64,000 nucleotides of DNA from Octopus sinensis (GCF_006345805.1 NC_043002.1:30690001-30754000), one strand, 5' to 3'. Shown: positions 13,341 through 27,700, counted from the stretch's first letter. Numbers and translations: made by a program. The notes: generated by a model from the letters alone, not told the origin.

Positions 13341-13592
13341 GACGAGCTTCTTTCAGTTTCCGTTTACCAAATCCAATCACACGGCTTGGTCGGCCCGAGG
13401 CTAAAGCAGAAGACTTTTGCTCAAGTTGCCACGCAGTGGAACTGAACCCGGAACAATGTGGCTGGTAAGCAAGCTATTTACCACACAGCCACTCCTGCGC
13501 CTGAAGCACCGCCTCTAGTCGAGCAAATCGACCCCAGGACTTATTCTTTGTAAGCCTAGTACCTATTCTATCGTTCTCTCCTGCCGAACCGA
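13041..13592 (-). mobile_element. tRNA-derived SINE plus an adjacent partial second copy (13505-13592)
   Basis: Same family as 2434; the segment GCACCGCC..TAGTCGAGCAAATCGACCCCAGGAC is repeated. Confidence 0.85.
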
Positions 13593-14060
13593 TAGTTTAA
13601 TTTTCTAACATCCTCTGTATTCTCTCACTACCTTCTTCCATTAATTTCTATATTTATACTAATAGTTTATTACTTGGTATTGTATCTCTTTCATTTTCTC
13701 CTATAGTTCGTTTTTTGATAATTCGCGTTTTCTTAACCTTTTCTTCCCCCTTTCCAACTCTTCCTTTTATTTTTTTTTCTTACTCACTAACTTACAAGCT
13801 ACTTACTCCGTATGTACCTCTAAATCGCTTCCTCACATCCAACACTATCTCTTACTCCTCTCCATCTTTTTCTCCCCTACTCATATCTCTCATTTCCTTG
13901 TACGCCCTCTTCACTTCTCTCTCTCTCTCTCTTTCTTTCTCGCTCTCTCAAACACTTTTCTTTCTTTGCCACAGTGTTAAACTGTCTTTAAGTCAGTTAG
14001 TATGATTATTTTGCAAATTCCTCTCTGATACAGCACACACACAGACACACACACACACAC

Positions 14061-14100
<40 letters not shown>

Positions 14101-14248
14101 CTCTCTCTCACTCATATGTTAACTCACATACATATATTCTATACACGCCATACGTATACATATGCGCACACATTTCACTTTTCACCTCTGTATATGTATT
14201 AACCCCATCTATATACATATATATCTATACATCTATCTATCTATATCT

Positions 14249-14293
14249 TTGTATTTGTTCTATCTGTGTGCAGCCTGTTGGCTATAAAGAAAC
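14249..14293 (+). mobile_element. 45-bp 3' tip of the Tx1-like element embedded in (TATC)n
   Basis: TTGTATTTGTTCTATCTGTGTGCAGCCTGTTGGCTATAAAGAAAC matches the ends at 11168 and 39265; TATC repeats on both sides. Confidence 0.8.
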
Positions 14294-14572
14294 ATATCTA
14301 TCTATCTATCTATATCTATCTATATCTATCTATCTATCTATCTATATATCATATATATAACTATATATATATATATATCTCTCTCTCTATATATATATAT
14401 ATTATACATATATATACATACATATATACATACATATATAAACCATATATACATATTATTATATATATATACAAATATATAATATATATATATATATATA
14501 TGTACAAATATGTATATGTACACATATAGATACAATAAATATATACATATATACATACATATATGTATGTGC

Positions 14573-14605
<33 letters not shown>

Positions 14606-14636
14606 ATATATTATATAATATATGTATATATAGATA

Positions 14637-14685
<49 letters not shown>

Positions 14686-15248
14686 CGTAGATACATACAT
14701 TTATATGTATATAAAATATATATATATGCACGCACATGCGTTAACAATATGTGTTTTCCATAGCCTGGTTGATAGCCTCACATATTTCGAGGCAAATATT
14801 TTTCCAGTTTATATCATGCTTTATCTTCTTTAATCTTTATCTACATCTCTAAATGCTATTAAACTGACCTTACACCATCTATTTACGTGCTACATACCTT
14901 CTGTATCTGGTTCCTTTAATACTCTGCCCTTCTCTCACAATTCCGCTCTCTAACAATCTCTCTCCCTCATACCTGGTGAATAATCATACACGTATAATTA
15001 TATATACAGACCATACTTTCTGACAAATATATATTCCGTTTTTTATACTGATGTATATGTGTATGCATGTATGCATGTAAATACAAATGTACGTGTAATC
15101 ATATACATACAAGCATACATACATACATACATAGATACAAACATATATACATACATACATCAACATAACACCAGATTATATGCAGACACTTCATAATATG
15201 ATATATATATATGGTTTGTATATTATATATATTATATTATATAGATAA

Positions 15249-15290
<42 letters not shown>

Positions 15291-15305
15291 CATATATAAG
15301 GGCTA

Positions 15306-15938
15306 AGAGGGTATTCTACAAGCCAAAATGATACACGGTTTATCCACTTAAAATCCGGCTTGTTACAGGAAAATTGAAACTGAAAACGGGGGTAACTAAC
15401 CTTTAGAAAATTTAAATTTCGTTATCTCTATATTGAATCAATTTCGGACTTAATCTTATAAAAAAAAGATATATTCTTCTTCAGTAGAACTATCGATGGG
15501 ATATAAATAAAAATACTCACGTATGATCATGGAAAAAGCACAAGCTAAAAACATAACTACACTTGAGTACATCACTTATATCTAAAAATAAAAATTCTTT
15601 GTCAGCCTCAGAAAAACAACCGTCCAGACTTTCGCCGCTACAAATTGTAATGGTTACCAGTCCTCCTGTAGCAAGCATCGAGGTTACTACTAAGCATATA
15701 GGATGAAGTCCCTTACTCTACAGCAAAGGAATTCATCAGGAAGCGTGGGCAGTATATTTAAAAAAAAACCGTTACGGATTGCAATATACAGAGGGGTTAT
15801 TCTAAAGCCAAATACACTGTTTTATCCACTTATATCCGCTTGTTACAGGAAAATTGAAACTGAAAACGGGCAACAAACCTTTAGAAAATTTAAATTTCGT
15901 TATCTCTCTATATTGAATCATTTCGGACTTAATCTATA
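15306..15938 (+). repeat. ~150-bp direct repeat (15306-15460 and 15790-15938)
   Basis: Shared GCTTGTTACAGGAAAATTGAAACTGAAAACGGG...CCTTTAGAAAATTTAAATTTCGTTATCTC...TTCGGACTTAATC; whole block flanked by (AT)n. Confidence 0.9.
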
Positions 15939-15950
15939 AATATATATAAT

Positions 15951-15993
<43 letters not shown>

Positions 15994-16063
15994 TATATAA
16001 TATATATACTCTATATGTATATGTATAGTATATATATATCTAGGGAAAGTTACGAAATATATG

Positions 16064-16108
<45 letters not shown>

Positions 16109-16208
16109 CGAGAGAGAGAGAGAGAGAGAGAGACAGGGAGAGAGAGAGAGACAGACAGACAAAGACAGAAAGGCAGACAGAGAGAGAGAGAGTGACATAG
16201 ATTGATAT

Positions 16209-16621
16209 TCTTTTATTCTATTTTTCTTTTCTTGTATTTGTTTCAGTCATTTGACTGTGACTATGGTGGAGCACCACCTTCAGTCGAGCAAATCGACCCT
16301 GGGACTTAGTCTTTGTAAGCCTGGCACTCTTCTATCGGTCTGTCATGCCGAACCGGTAAGTGAAGTGGGTGTAAACACACCCGCATCGTTTGTCAAGCGA
16401 TGATGGGGGACAAACACAGACACACAAACACACACGTACATATACATATAAATATATACGATGGGATTCTTTCAGTTTCCGTCTGCCAAAACCACTCGGA
16501 AGCCTTTGGTCGCCCGAGGCTACAGCAGAAGACACTTGCTCAAGTTGCCACACAGATGGACTGAACCCACAACCATGTGTTTGGTAAAGAAGCTTCTTAC
16601 CACACACCCACTCCTGCGCCT
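16209..16621 (-). mobile_element. tRNA-derived SINE (2434 family)
   Basis: Head and tail homology. Further copies or fragments at ~18380-18483, 25010-25310, 25775-25905, 36124-36583, 37785-37920, 43205-43270 and 47835-47985. Confidence 0.85.
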
Positions 16622-16744
16622 GTAGATAGATAAATATTTTCAAATGTATCTGTGTGTGCCTGTGTGTCGGCCTTGTTCCTCATCGGTGTTGCATTCCCAT
16701 ATTCACGCTCACACAGTGATGTATATATATATATATATATATCA

Positions 16745-16779
<35 letters not shown>

Positions 16780-17036
16780 TTACAGAAATACTCACACGCA
16801 TGTATACATATATATGTATGCATGTATGTTTGTTATAGAACAAAAGGAGAAGCAAACAATTATTGGGTCAGATTATAAGATTATGAGATAGTTATATTTA
16901 TACAACGTATACAACACAAAGGAACCTATATAACAAGATTAGTAAAAATCTCACCATATGTGACATAATCAGGTAGATTCCAGAAAGGATCAGTAAGTCT
17001 GTAATATTGGTGTGACGCATTTTGTTCGATACAAGA

Positions 17037-17104
17037 CAGTCATCAGAAGAAAAACTAGAAGAGACTTAAAAGGCGCGCAGGTTTTTCTTGACAGCTGTTT
17101 CATG
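17037..17104 (-). ncRNA. Hammerhead motif in circularly permuted (type II-like) order
   Basis: Minus strand: CAT-GAAAC-AGCT-GTC-AAGAAAAAC-(25 nt)-GTTTTTCTT-CTGATGA-CTG. Perfect 9-bp helix I, GUC triplet, palindromic ACAGCTGT helix III; helix II is weak/open. Confidence 0.6.
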
Positions 17105-18580
17105 AACAGTTGCGTATTTGGAGCAATTTTTTGCTGTTGCCTGCATCCGATATTATTGTGGCTGCCTATTTTATCTTTGAAGAGAAAATGGATTGAGACA
17201 AACTGATAATGAATTCTACTACATTCTCATATTTAGGAATTAAATACTGGATCGAAATTCTAAATTAGCCTTTTCCTTCAAAAGAAAATGTCCAAAACTT
17301 TGAATTCATGTCAAACCAATTGTTCTTTTCAAACGGCTAGAAAATATCTCACGAACATTCCTTGCTCATCACCACAAACTATCCCCATAGTGTACATAAA
17401 CAATAAAATTTCAGCGTTACACTAAACAAGCATTATAGAAATCATCTAAATTTCTCCAATTTTCAACCAAATTACCCATAAAATTTCTAATATACGTGCG
17501 TACATATAGATACACACGTATATAAACACACACACAAATACATACGTCTAAAGGAGCTTTAACTTTGATTAGAATTATCTTTTTCTGTATTTATTTCTAC
17601 TTTTGTAGTCAAGTGTATGCACACATTTTATCATACCATAAGTTTGCGAATAGCAATAGTTCCAAAGTAAAACATTATAAATATCATAACTAATAACCTC
17701 GTGTGAATCCGAATAAGAAGAATATTTATTAAAAAGTCATCTAATTTTTCTCCCCAAAGCATGAAAGTTGATTTTTCTAAACAGTAACTAAATAAGGGAA
17801 TCTGGGAAAATAATCTACCCCTGCCCAAAATAAACAGTTTATACCTCCCACGATGTGTCCAAACAGCGCAAACAAATAGAGATCTACTGACCAGCTAAAT
17901 TTTCCATCTGCTTACATACTTAGGTGAATCGCTAAAACAGAAAAGAACGACAATTTTTTTACTACATCTCCATGATCTAAACCTGACACACCTAAATAAA
18001 TATAATTAATTAAAAAGTTTTACCTGTTGTATTGAGCTATGAACAGTAGCCTTGACAAAACAAGCAGGTCAAATCTCTCATTATCAACAGCATAACCTAG
18101 ACAAGCATTTGCTGAACTAACCTTTTCACTTACCTAAATTATGAATGGTCTGAATCTGACACAACTACATTGAGACACTTGATTCTTACACGCATGATTG
18201 AACTCTGAAAAACAACACAACTCCAAATTTAATCAACAGAAACCTTCCATGACTTCTTTTCATCACCATACAAACTAATTATCATTCAAGAGCGCCGCCT
18301 ACACTAGAAAAAATAAACTTACCAGACACTATATAAAGCCATGATGAACTAAAATCCAACATAGTGAGTTGAAAAGTAAGCAGGCAGAAACTTCGAAATT
18401 ACTGTCAGTACAATTTCTGTGAAAGACAGCGCTCCAACCTGGCCGCAGTAAAAATACTGAAACAAGTAAAAGAATAAAAGAATACACAAACGCGCGCGCA
18501 CATTTATAACTTGTATACTTATATACGTATATATATGTGTGTATGCATGCGTATGAATGTGAATGAATGTGTATGCTTGC

Positions 18581-18636
<56 letters not shown>

Positions 18637-19227
18637 ACTTCTTCATGACTTTATAGGTTCGTACGTCTCTGATAATAAATGTAAGTTTGGCTATGTAATC
18701 ATACATATGTTTTGATTAATGTACACGCAAACATAGGAAGAGTTACAAGCGTGTATATTCATGCTTATGATTATGTGACATATGAGAATCGCATGAATGT
18801 TCATAAGTATGCATATTGATGTTCATAAATGTCTGTAAGTACAGGAGATGCATCACTGTAAATTATCGGCTGCTACATGCTACTTGTCTGCATACCGCAT
18901 TTAATGCATTATTAGAAGTGGATTTACAACATTCGCATCAGCTGCGCTGATAAAGAGAGAGTGCATGCATCAGTTGGTTGCACTTTTTACAAAATATTCC
19001 ACTTACTGCACATAGAAACTGATAGTGGTAATGTGTTATGATTTACAGCCAGCTGCAATGTGATGCAGCAACCGTTGTATGTTGTGTTTGGAAGCGGGTA
19101 GGGTGGAATAAAGGTATAGCTATATTACCAACTAATCGCTTTGAATGTGATGAGATAGATCTATATTTTATTATCATTATCATTATCAATATTATTATTA
19201 TTATTATTATTATTGCTGTTATTATTA

Positions 19228-19290
<63 letters not shown>

Positions 19291-19608
19291 CATTATTATT
19301 ATTATTATTATCATCGTCGTCGTTTGTTGTCGTCATCATCATCATCATCATCCTTATTATTATATTCCGCCAATATTGATATTGCCTTTAATTATTTCAG
19401 GATCGACAGATTAAGTACCCGTAAAAGACTGGGGTCGATGTAGTCGGTTAGTCCCTTCTCCACAAACTTTCAGGCCTTGTGCCTATAGCAGGAAGGATTA
19501 TTATTATTATTATTATCATCATCATCATCATCATCATCATCACCATCATCATTATTATTATTATTATTATTATTATTGTTGTTGTTGTTGCTATTATTAT
19601 TTTTATTT

Positions 19609-19652
<44 letters not shown>

Positions 19653-19665
19653 GTTGTTATTATTA

Positions 19666-19702
<37 letters not shown>

Positions 19703-19952
19703 GATTATTAAAATTATTATTATTATTATTATTATTTTATTATTATTGTTGTTGTTGTTGTTGTTATTGTTGTTTGTTTTTGTAACTTTAGTATAGTATG
19801 TATATGTACTTTCCTTTTCATTGTATTCCGTTAATAGCTACTTATTTTTATAGTTATCTTATCATTTTAATATATGTAAACCCTAACACTATATGTTTGG
19901 CTTTGTATTCCCCACCCCCACTTATCCTTCGCCCTGGTGGCAAATAAATGAA

Positions 19953-20510
19953 ATCATTATCATTGCCTTTGCACAGCTAATGCTGGAGATGGACTACGGT
20001 GTCAGCTGTTCACTACCATGAACTAAGGTAACACCTCTTATTTTTCGAGCACCTTCCGCAGTATTTGAGCGGTTCCAAGTAGTGCCTTCTTCTGCAAGTG
20101 CTCCACCCTTATTGCAGCCCATATTTGTTCAATGTACTTCTCAAGATTTTTACTCCCTGTTCCCAGGGCTCCGACAATTATTGGTACCACTACTATCTTT
20201 TTCACCGACCACAATTGCTTTGCCAACTCCCAAGCTAACCTGTCATATCTATCGACGTTTCTTTCTTTCTTATCGCATACCTTGTCAGATGGGCATGCTA
20301 TATCTATGATCCAGCATAGTTTGTTTTCTTTCTCTATTAAGACTATGTGTGGCTTCATATCCTCTATCTCATAGTCGCACTGAATCATAAGATCCCACAG
20401 GATCTTTGCGTTAGCATTTTCGGTGATGCCTTCGGATTTCTGGTCGTACTAATTTTTTTCTGTCACGCCCATACGTTGGTTTTCGCTGTTGTAAACGTAG
20501 TGTGGTACTT
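19953..20510 (-). mobile_element. 5'-truncated R4/Dong-type LINE 3' end (restriction-like endonuclease)
   Basis: KILWDLMIQCDYEIEDMKPHIVLIEKENKLCWIIDIACP...VVPIIVGALG...LQKKALLGTAQILRKVLEK is the typical RLE C-terminus; short AAT/GAT tail. Confidence 0.88.
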
Positions 20511-20520
20511 CTATACTACT

Positions 20521-20592
<72 letters not shown>

Positions 20593-20609
20593 TCATTATT
20601 ATTGTATTG

Positions 20610-21420
20610 TATTGGCATGGCTGAAAAATACAGTCTTTGTTGCTTTTTTCGTCTGCATTTTAATATTGAAGCCTAAATAGAAAGGACTTAGACAGAACGT
20701 TTCTTCCTAAGAGTATATGCTGTTCCAATGAATGAAGAGTTTTGGTGCACTCGCACTTCTATCTTCATGTCAAAATATTTCTTGTGGTATGATATCTGTT
20801 TCTCTATTTCAGCGATTGAACCTAATTCTCTGGTAGTAACTTACAAAATTTGGCCCTTTGCTACTGAGCCCTCTACATTTATATTAATATATTTTGAGAC
20901 CTATTCTACTTCCTTGTTTTCAGTGTTTTCGGCTTAAAGAATGGCAACATCTATTATGTCGCATTCTCGTTTTTACGTCATATAAAATGTTATCGTATTC
21001 ATTTGTATTCAATTATGCTGTCACTCTGTCAAAATTCCATAGGAACTTTTGTTTATCAGGTTCATTTAGTGTCCACTTCAGTACAACCTCCCCTTTCTCT
21101 AAATTTTTTCCATATTTTTTGTAAAGTGCCTCACGTAAATTGAGACATATCTTACCATGACAACCCTTATATTCTTTCCGATCCAGCATTAATCGATATT
21201 TTCTTCTTGATCACATTGGTAAACAGGTTTGTTAGAGTGACTGATTAAATATAATTAAACTAAACACCCACCAATAAATTCTCAGTTTCTCCCTTTAAAA
21301 TCTCTATCCCAAAGACACATCTACGATATTTCAGAATTGGTGTATCTGCGGAACTGCACTCCCCAAGTAGCTGCGTTTATTCAAATGCATCCTTTCTTTC
21401 ATAAATACTTCTGCTTTGAA
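20610..21420 (-). mobile_element. Older, more degenerate R4/Dong-type LINE 3' end
   Basis: Fragments across frames: ILKGETENLL, LDRKEYKGCHGKICLNL (LAQKEYKRRHD-like), KFLWNF, CDIIDVAI, ELGSI, QNSSFIGTAYTLRK; ends in an AAT tract. Confidence 0.7.
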
Positions 21421-21540
21421 AAACTTTTATTCTCTTCAATAAATCTCGTACGGCTGCAACGTATTGAAATAGACAAACATTAACTGTTGACAAGAATAAT
21501 TGACCCTCTCGATTTCTTTAGTTTTTTTTTTCATCCTAAC

Positions 21541-21900
21541 ATGGACTTACTAAAAATAGGCGGCATAAATGCACATCAGGTAAGGCCAACATAAACGCAT
21601 GAAACCTGCAAAAACGATATCAGGTAAATGCGTTTAGATATGGTAGCTGTTTGCGAGACGAACATTCTCTAGACAAATTAGCTTACCCTCTTTTGGCCAA
21701 CTAAGAAGTTTATATTTCCTTCAGTTGCTTCAGGTGGACATTAGTATCAGAACTGATTAGAAGACGCCTGGGTATAAAGGTAAGTACAATTTTTGTAAAC
21801 AGGATGGTAATTCGGTGATTTTAGATGTGAACAGCAGTGAGGTTGGTAGTTGTGTCCCTTGAGCTTAGTTCCAACACTATTTTCACAGTCGGATTTCTTT
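21541..21900 (+). pseudogene. Tx1/L1-type APE endonuclease N-terminal remnant
   Basis: MDLLKIGGINA...LDMVAVCETN...DGNSVILDVNSS with stops; resembles the start of L1/Tx1 ORF2. Confidence 0.6.
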
Positions 21901-22649
21901 AGATATCAAACTGTATGACTATGAAATACCTCATACACTACAATAGTACGTGATTACAGTGAGTTCTTGATTGTATCCAGGCTCTGCATGAGAGTAATCA
22001 GTAGGAAAAAGTACGCAAAAGTTTCACAAACTTACTCATATTCTTTATGTTGCCTGTCTAGTTTCTCTATTAGTTTCTTTCTTGTCCCTCCAAAAGTTCG
22101 TTTTCTATGTTTTTTAATGTTCTCGTTTCTATTTTTGTTCCCGTTTTATTTTGATGTCCTGTACCCATATATGCATGAATATATACATATATATATATAT
22201 AGGTATGTACATATATGTATATATATAGGCATAACTATATATATATATATATATAAATACATATATATATAGGTATGTACAAATATGTATGTATATAGGC
22301 ATATACTTATATATATATATATATATATGATGTATGTATATATGTATAGATATATGTATATATATATGTGTGTATATATATATATGTATATATGTATAGA
22401 TATATGTATATATATATGTGTGTATATATATATATGTATATATGTATGTATATACTCATACATACATAAATACATATGTATACATACACACACCTATTTG
22501 TGTGTGTGTATGTGTGTGCATGCATGTGTGAATAGATAATGGATATGTGTATGTGTCATAAATATTCAATACAAAACCTATTTATAAACCAGCTGCAGTT
22601 TCAACAAAACAGTACGGCTGCTACCCCTGCTATTCCTACTGTCTCTCCA

Positions 22650-22769
<120 letters not shown>

Positions 22770-22848
22770 GAGTTGACCTGTAGTAATAATGTTTATGTAA
22801 GATGATAACAAAATAAAAAGAATGGAAAATAGAGCCAAATATAGGGGC

Positions 22849-22852
<4 letters not shown>

Positions 22853-22943
<91 letters not shown>

Positions 22944-22972
22944 GTAGATAGATAGGTAGATAGATAGGTAGG

Positions 22973-23008
<36 letters not shown>

Positions 23009-23029
23009 GATAGATAGATAGATTGATAG
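22853..23029. repeat. (GATA)n microsatellite
   Basis: Direct reading; similar tracts at ~26770-26855 and 28747-28969. Confidence 0.97.
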
Positions 23030-23242
23030 CAATAGAGAGACAGAGTGAAGGAGGAAGGAAAGAGAGAGAGAGTGATAAAAATGAATGGAAGGAAGTAGGG
23101 AGATAGGATGAGAGAGATAAATAGATTAATAAAGTGATAGCTTAATTGATTCACCGGAATATGTATTTGTATGTATACTCAGACACACATACAACAATAA
23201 TAATATAATAATAATAATAATAATAATAATATAATAATAATA

Positions 23243-23300
<58 letters not shown>

Positions 23301-23725
23301 GCATCAAGTCGTAGTAGCATTAGCGTTACCTTTAATTCATTTTAATATATAAATACAGCCACAAAAAGACCTACATATAGATACACAAATACTTAAGATA
23401 GATAGATAAATATATATATATATATATGCACAGAGAGAGAAAGAGAAAGAGAGAGAGAGATTGCTCTAGATACGTCGACATGCAAAGAAATATTAGTGGG
23501 TTGGCCAAGAAATAGGATCAGTCTCGGAAACAGTTGCCATTGGAAACACAAAAATCCATTAATTTCAAAATGTACCATGTATAAGCAACACGTTTCAGGA
23601 ATTTCTAATGAATTTGTGTACATTTTGTGCGTCTATTTGTATATTTGTCTCCAAGTATTTTCCGTCTTTCTCTTGTCACATTCTTCGTCTTCTTTCTGTA
23701 TGTAAATAGACACACACACACGCAC

Positions 23726-23757
<32 letters not shown>

Positions 23758-24060
23758 CACACACACACACGCACACGTACACACATACATACACACACAC
23801 ATTACATACAGAAGAAAATACATATATACTTGATACTAACAAACGAACGTAGCGAGGAACCTACAAAAATGTATAGTACAAGTCATGTGACTCTCCTCTA
23901 CCAATCAAATCCTATTCAAAAAATAGGGCAAGCTTCAAACACTAGTCAGAAGCAAGGTAACTGTCAGATGAGCCACGACTTTCTATTACAAGGTTTTGAA
24001 AATCAGTGTAAACTGTGAAACCGGTTAACTCTTAAAATATAATAAGAAATATATTTTAAC

Positions 24061-24270
24061 TACAGTAATCCTTCGACTATCGCGGGTGTTCTGCTCCAAA
24101 ATCTGCGAAGTAGAAACAGTACTAATCTGTATATTCTTTTTTTTTCTCTTGTTTCATAATTTGTGGATATTTATTTTATTATGAATGCAAAACAACCCCA
24201 CGGAGAATTCGACGTAAGCTTAAATAATGAACTGCGATTGGTGAACCGCGATATGGCGAGGGATACTATA
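24061..24270. mobile_element. pogo/Tigger-type MITE (~206 bp) with TA flanks
   Basis: TA-CAGTAATCCTTCGACTATCGCGG on the left versus reverse complement of the right end TA-TAGTATCCCTCGCCATATCGCGG. Confidence 0.8.
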
Positions 24271-24441
24271 TATGCTATAATATATATATTATTATATATA
24301 TATATATATATAGATATATATATATATGTATAATATATATATATAAGATATATATATATATATATCTATATATATATATATCATATAAAATATATCTATG
24401 TATATAGATATATATATATCTATATAAGATGTTTGTGTAAT

Positions 24442-24670
24442 AAGATAAAAAACCAAGGCTGTGTAGATATTAGAGCATTCTATAATGCTCTAATATCTTG
24501 TTTTTTTATCTTCTTACGCAAGAAATTCTTATATACACACGCTGACATAGAACCAACGTTGAACCCTTTATTCGCAATATTACTGAATCTGGAACTTAAC
24601 TATAGTCTGTCTATAGCACTTATTCAGCATTACCTGACACCTTTGGGTCTCAATGACATCATTATCTCTT
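24442..24670. mobile_element. PLE-terminus-like element with fold-back head; homologous to 36613-36880
   Basis: Hairpin AGATATTAGAGCATT-CTAT-AATGCTCTAATATCT with outer arms AAGATAAAAAAC/GTTTTTTTATCTT. Downstream GAATCTGGAACTTAACTAT...CAGCATTACCTGACACCTTTGG is shared with ~36797-36860. Confidence 0.6.
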
Positions 24671-26030
24671 ATATATATATATATATACATAAAACTCATC
24701 TATATAAAAGAGAGCTTGGTGTGTGTGGTGTGTGTGTTGTGTGTGTGTGTGTGTGAGAGGTTTATTGCCCCAAAGTGGCTTTGTATGTCATAAATGTAAG
24801 ATGTATATTGCCTCCTTAATGTGTTATTATGTAAGAGGTTTTTACCTTAAAGTGTTTTATAAAGAACAATGTGCTGGTGTATACAGCAATCGGCGGGTGT
24901 TGCTGTTTCCTTTATTATTATCATATCGTTAATCATTCCATCACTTTATGTTCGCGTCCAGCCCGCAGATTCCTTTCTTTGTAAGGCCCTTTGTGGGCAA
25001 TTAAATGAATAAAAGAAGCTTGCTTCCCAGCCACGAGGTTTCTGGTTCAGTGATTGGTTTTGGTAGACGGAAACAGAAAGAAGTATGTGGTGTATATATA
25101 TGTATGACGATGTGTCTGTGTTTCTCCTCCCATCACAAGTTGACACCCGGTATTGGTGTGTTCATCTCCCCATTACCTAGTGGTCCGGCAAATGAGACCG
25201 ACAGAGTAAGTGCCATGCTGAAAAAATAAGCATTGGAAATTATACATTCGACTAAAATGTCAAGGCGGTGCTCCAGCACAGCCACAGTGTATTGAGTGAA
25301 TCAGGTAAAAGATAAAATATAGAAGATATTTCTGTATAAATTTATATATATGCATATGTACATACGTATATATGCATATGCATATATGTGTCAATATAAT
25401 TTTAATAAAGGGTAAAAACCTTTAATGATTTTACCAAGGGGTTAGCGCGGAAATAAAAATCTCATAGGTAAACTTTAGAAATACTTATATACATAATTAT
25501 AACAAGGGATTGTTTATAAGCCTCTCTACGCCTTGGGAAAATAGACGTTAAAAGACATTGTTACCACCTTAAAATCTCCATAAATTTATGCTATGGAATA
25601 TCGTTGCTGATGAGACAGTAGGAAATATATTTTCTTATTTAAAGCTTGAAGCAAGATCTTGTATACGGTTAACCAAATGTTTAATTCATTATCTTTCTTT
25701 TGCTCGCCTACAACCCAGTGTATTATTCTCAGAGATTTTAGTTGGTAATAGTGTCTTTTGGCATCTACTACAGTCTCGGGCCGACCGATTCCTTGTGAGT
25801 GGATTTGGTAGAGGAAACTGAAAGAAGTCCGTTGTATATTTATATATATGTGTATATGTGTTTGTCCCCGCCATCGCTTAACAACTGAGACAAGCAGAAA
25901 GATAAAAGAATATATATTTGTATACACACACACACACATATATATATAATGTGTCTGTATGATTAGTGTATGTGCATGTATGTGCCTATGTATATACATG
26001 TATATATACATATATATTCATATATATATA

Positions 26031-26096
<66 letters not shown>

Positions 26097-26769
26097 ACAC
26101 ACACAGATATATGCCCATGTGTGTATATAAATATGTATGTATTTACTAGATAATTTACACACACACACATTTATTCAGACACTCATATATTTATACGCAG
26201 TGTAAGACTTACTGGCTCACGTACGTTTACGAAAGAGAAATCATTTTAAAGAGAAAGATTTAGTTTGAAGAGAACTTGAAGTAGATACTGAATCTAGCAG
26301 CATAAAACCAAGGAATTTAATGGGAATTACAGCGAACATTTCCCGAAAACTTTTAAAGAAATGACGTGAATAAAAAAAGAAATATGTTCCTTCTGCGGTA
26401 AGGTTGTAAGCAATTATTTTCTGAAGAATCCAAAGAACCATTCCTTTAGTGATTGGTCATCTATAGTGCTGGCTTAACATATAGTGGTATATTGGAATCT
26501 CTGTTGTTCCAGCGGTGGCACGGAATTTTAGTTAATCATTAAACAATTGTTGGTGATTCAGCTGTGGAATGGTCACGATGGAGAAATGGAGAGGGAGTGA
26601 TAGACAGAAAGAGAGGGGTAGGCGAAGCAGAGATGTAATAGATAAAGACGTAAAAAGTGCAGAGAGTCAGACCGGTATTGATGTAAGATGTGTATGTGTG
26701 TGTGTGGGGGGGGGGGCACTCTCGAATTTGTTTACTTGTTTATTTTAGATAGATAGATAAATATATAGG

Positions 26770-26856
<87 letters not shown>

Positions 26857-27263
26857 ATAGATAGTCAGACAGTGTGTATGTGTATGTAGATATATATGGT
26901 GTCTCCAGATACGGAGAAAACAAATTGGTAGAGAAGAGAATGCAATAATACATACCTACATACATACATATATATATATGTATATATATTTATTTATTTA
27001 TTTATGTGAAGGTGTAGCAGAGCAAACAGCGGTGCCACAGCAAACCCGCAACCCTCGAACTGAAAGTAGCTAAAGAGTTATATTGATATATACAAAGAGT
27101 CCTGAGGGGTGGTCTGGCAGAACCGTTAGAATGCTTAGCGACATTTCGTACACCTTTGCGTTCTGGCTTCAAATTCCACCGGGGTGGACTTTCATCCCTT
27201 CGGAGTAGATAGACTGAATTAAGTAGACAGAAACTGTGGGTGAGTCCGTCATATGTACATATA

Positions 27264-27351
<88 letters not shown>

Positions 27352-27417
27352 TATTTATATAGTTAATCCAAACATGAAAAAGCGGAGGACGCTTAGGAAA
27401 GGAAAGGAAGAAGGAAG

Positions 27418-27452
27418 ATTTAACATTTCGAGCAAAGCTCTTCGTCAGAAAC
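27418..27452 (-). ncRNA. Minimal type I hammerhead motif
   Basis: GTTT-CTGACGA-A-GAGC-TTT-GCTC-GAAAT-GTT-AAAT. Perfect helix II; GAAATGTT is GAAACGTT after CpG decay. Confidence 0.7.
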
Positions 27453-27700
27453 ATAGAAAAGGGAAAGGTCCAAGGAAGGGAAGACGGAGAAAGAAAATCA
27501 CCAACGATACACACGCGGTCACAATACATATATACGTATGTCACTATGAGTTAGAGCTTAAGAAACCATGAGATACCCAAATTACTACTGGATGTTCACC
27601 TACGTATTTTTAACTAGGTGCTTACTATTGCATGACAATATTGCAATTGAATACTAGGTATGGGTCGTGGTAAAGTGGAAATTTAGCCAGGATTTATAAG

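Noticed and set aside
25603-25635. Plus-strand hammerhead (CTGATGA-GACAGTAG-GAAA-TATA-TT)
   Set aside because: Helices I and II do not pair; at best a decayed copy.
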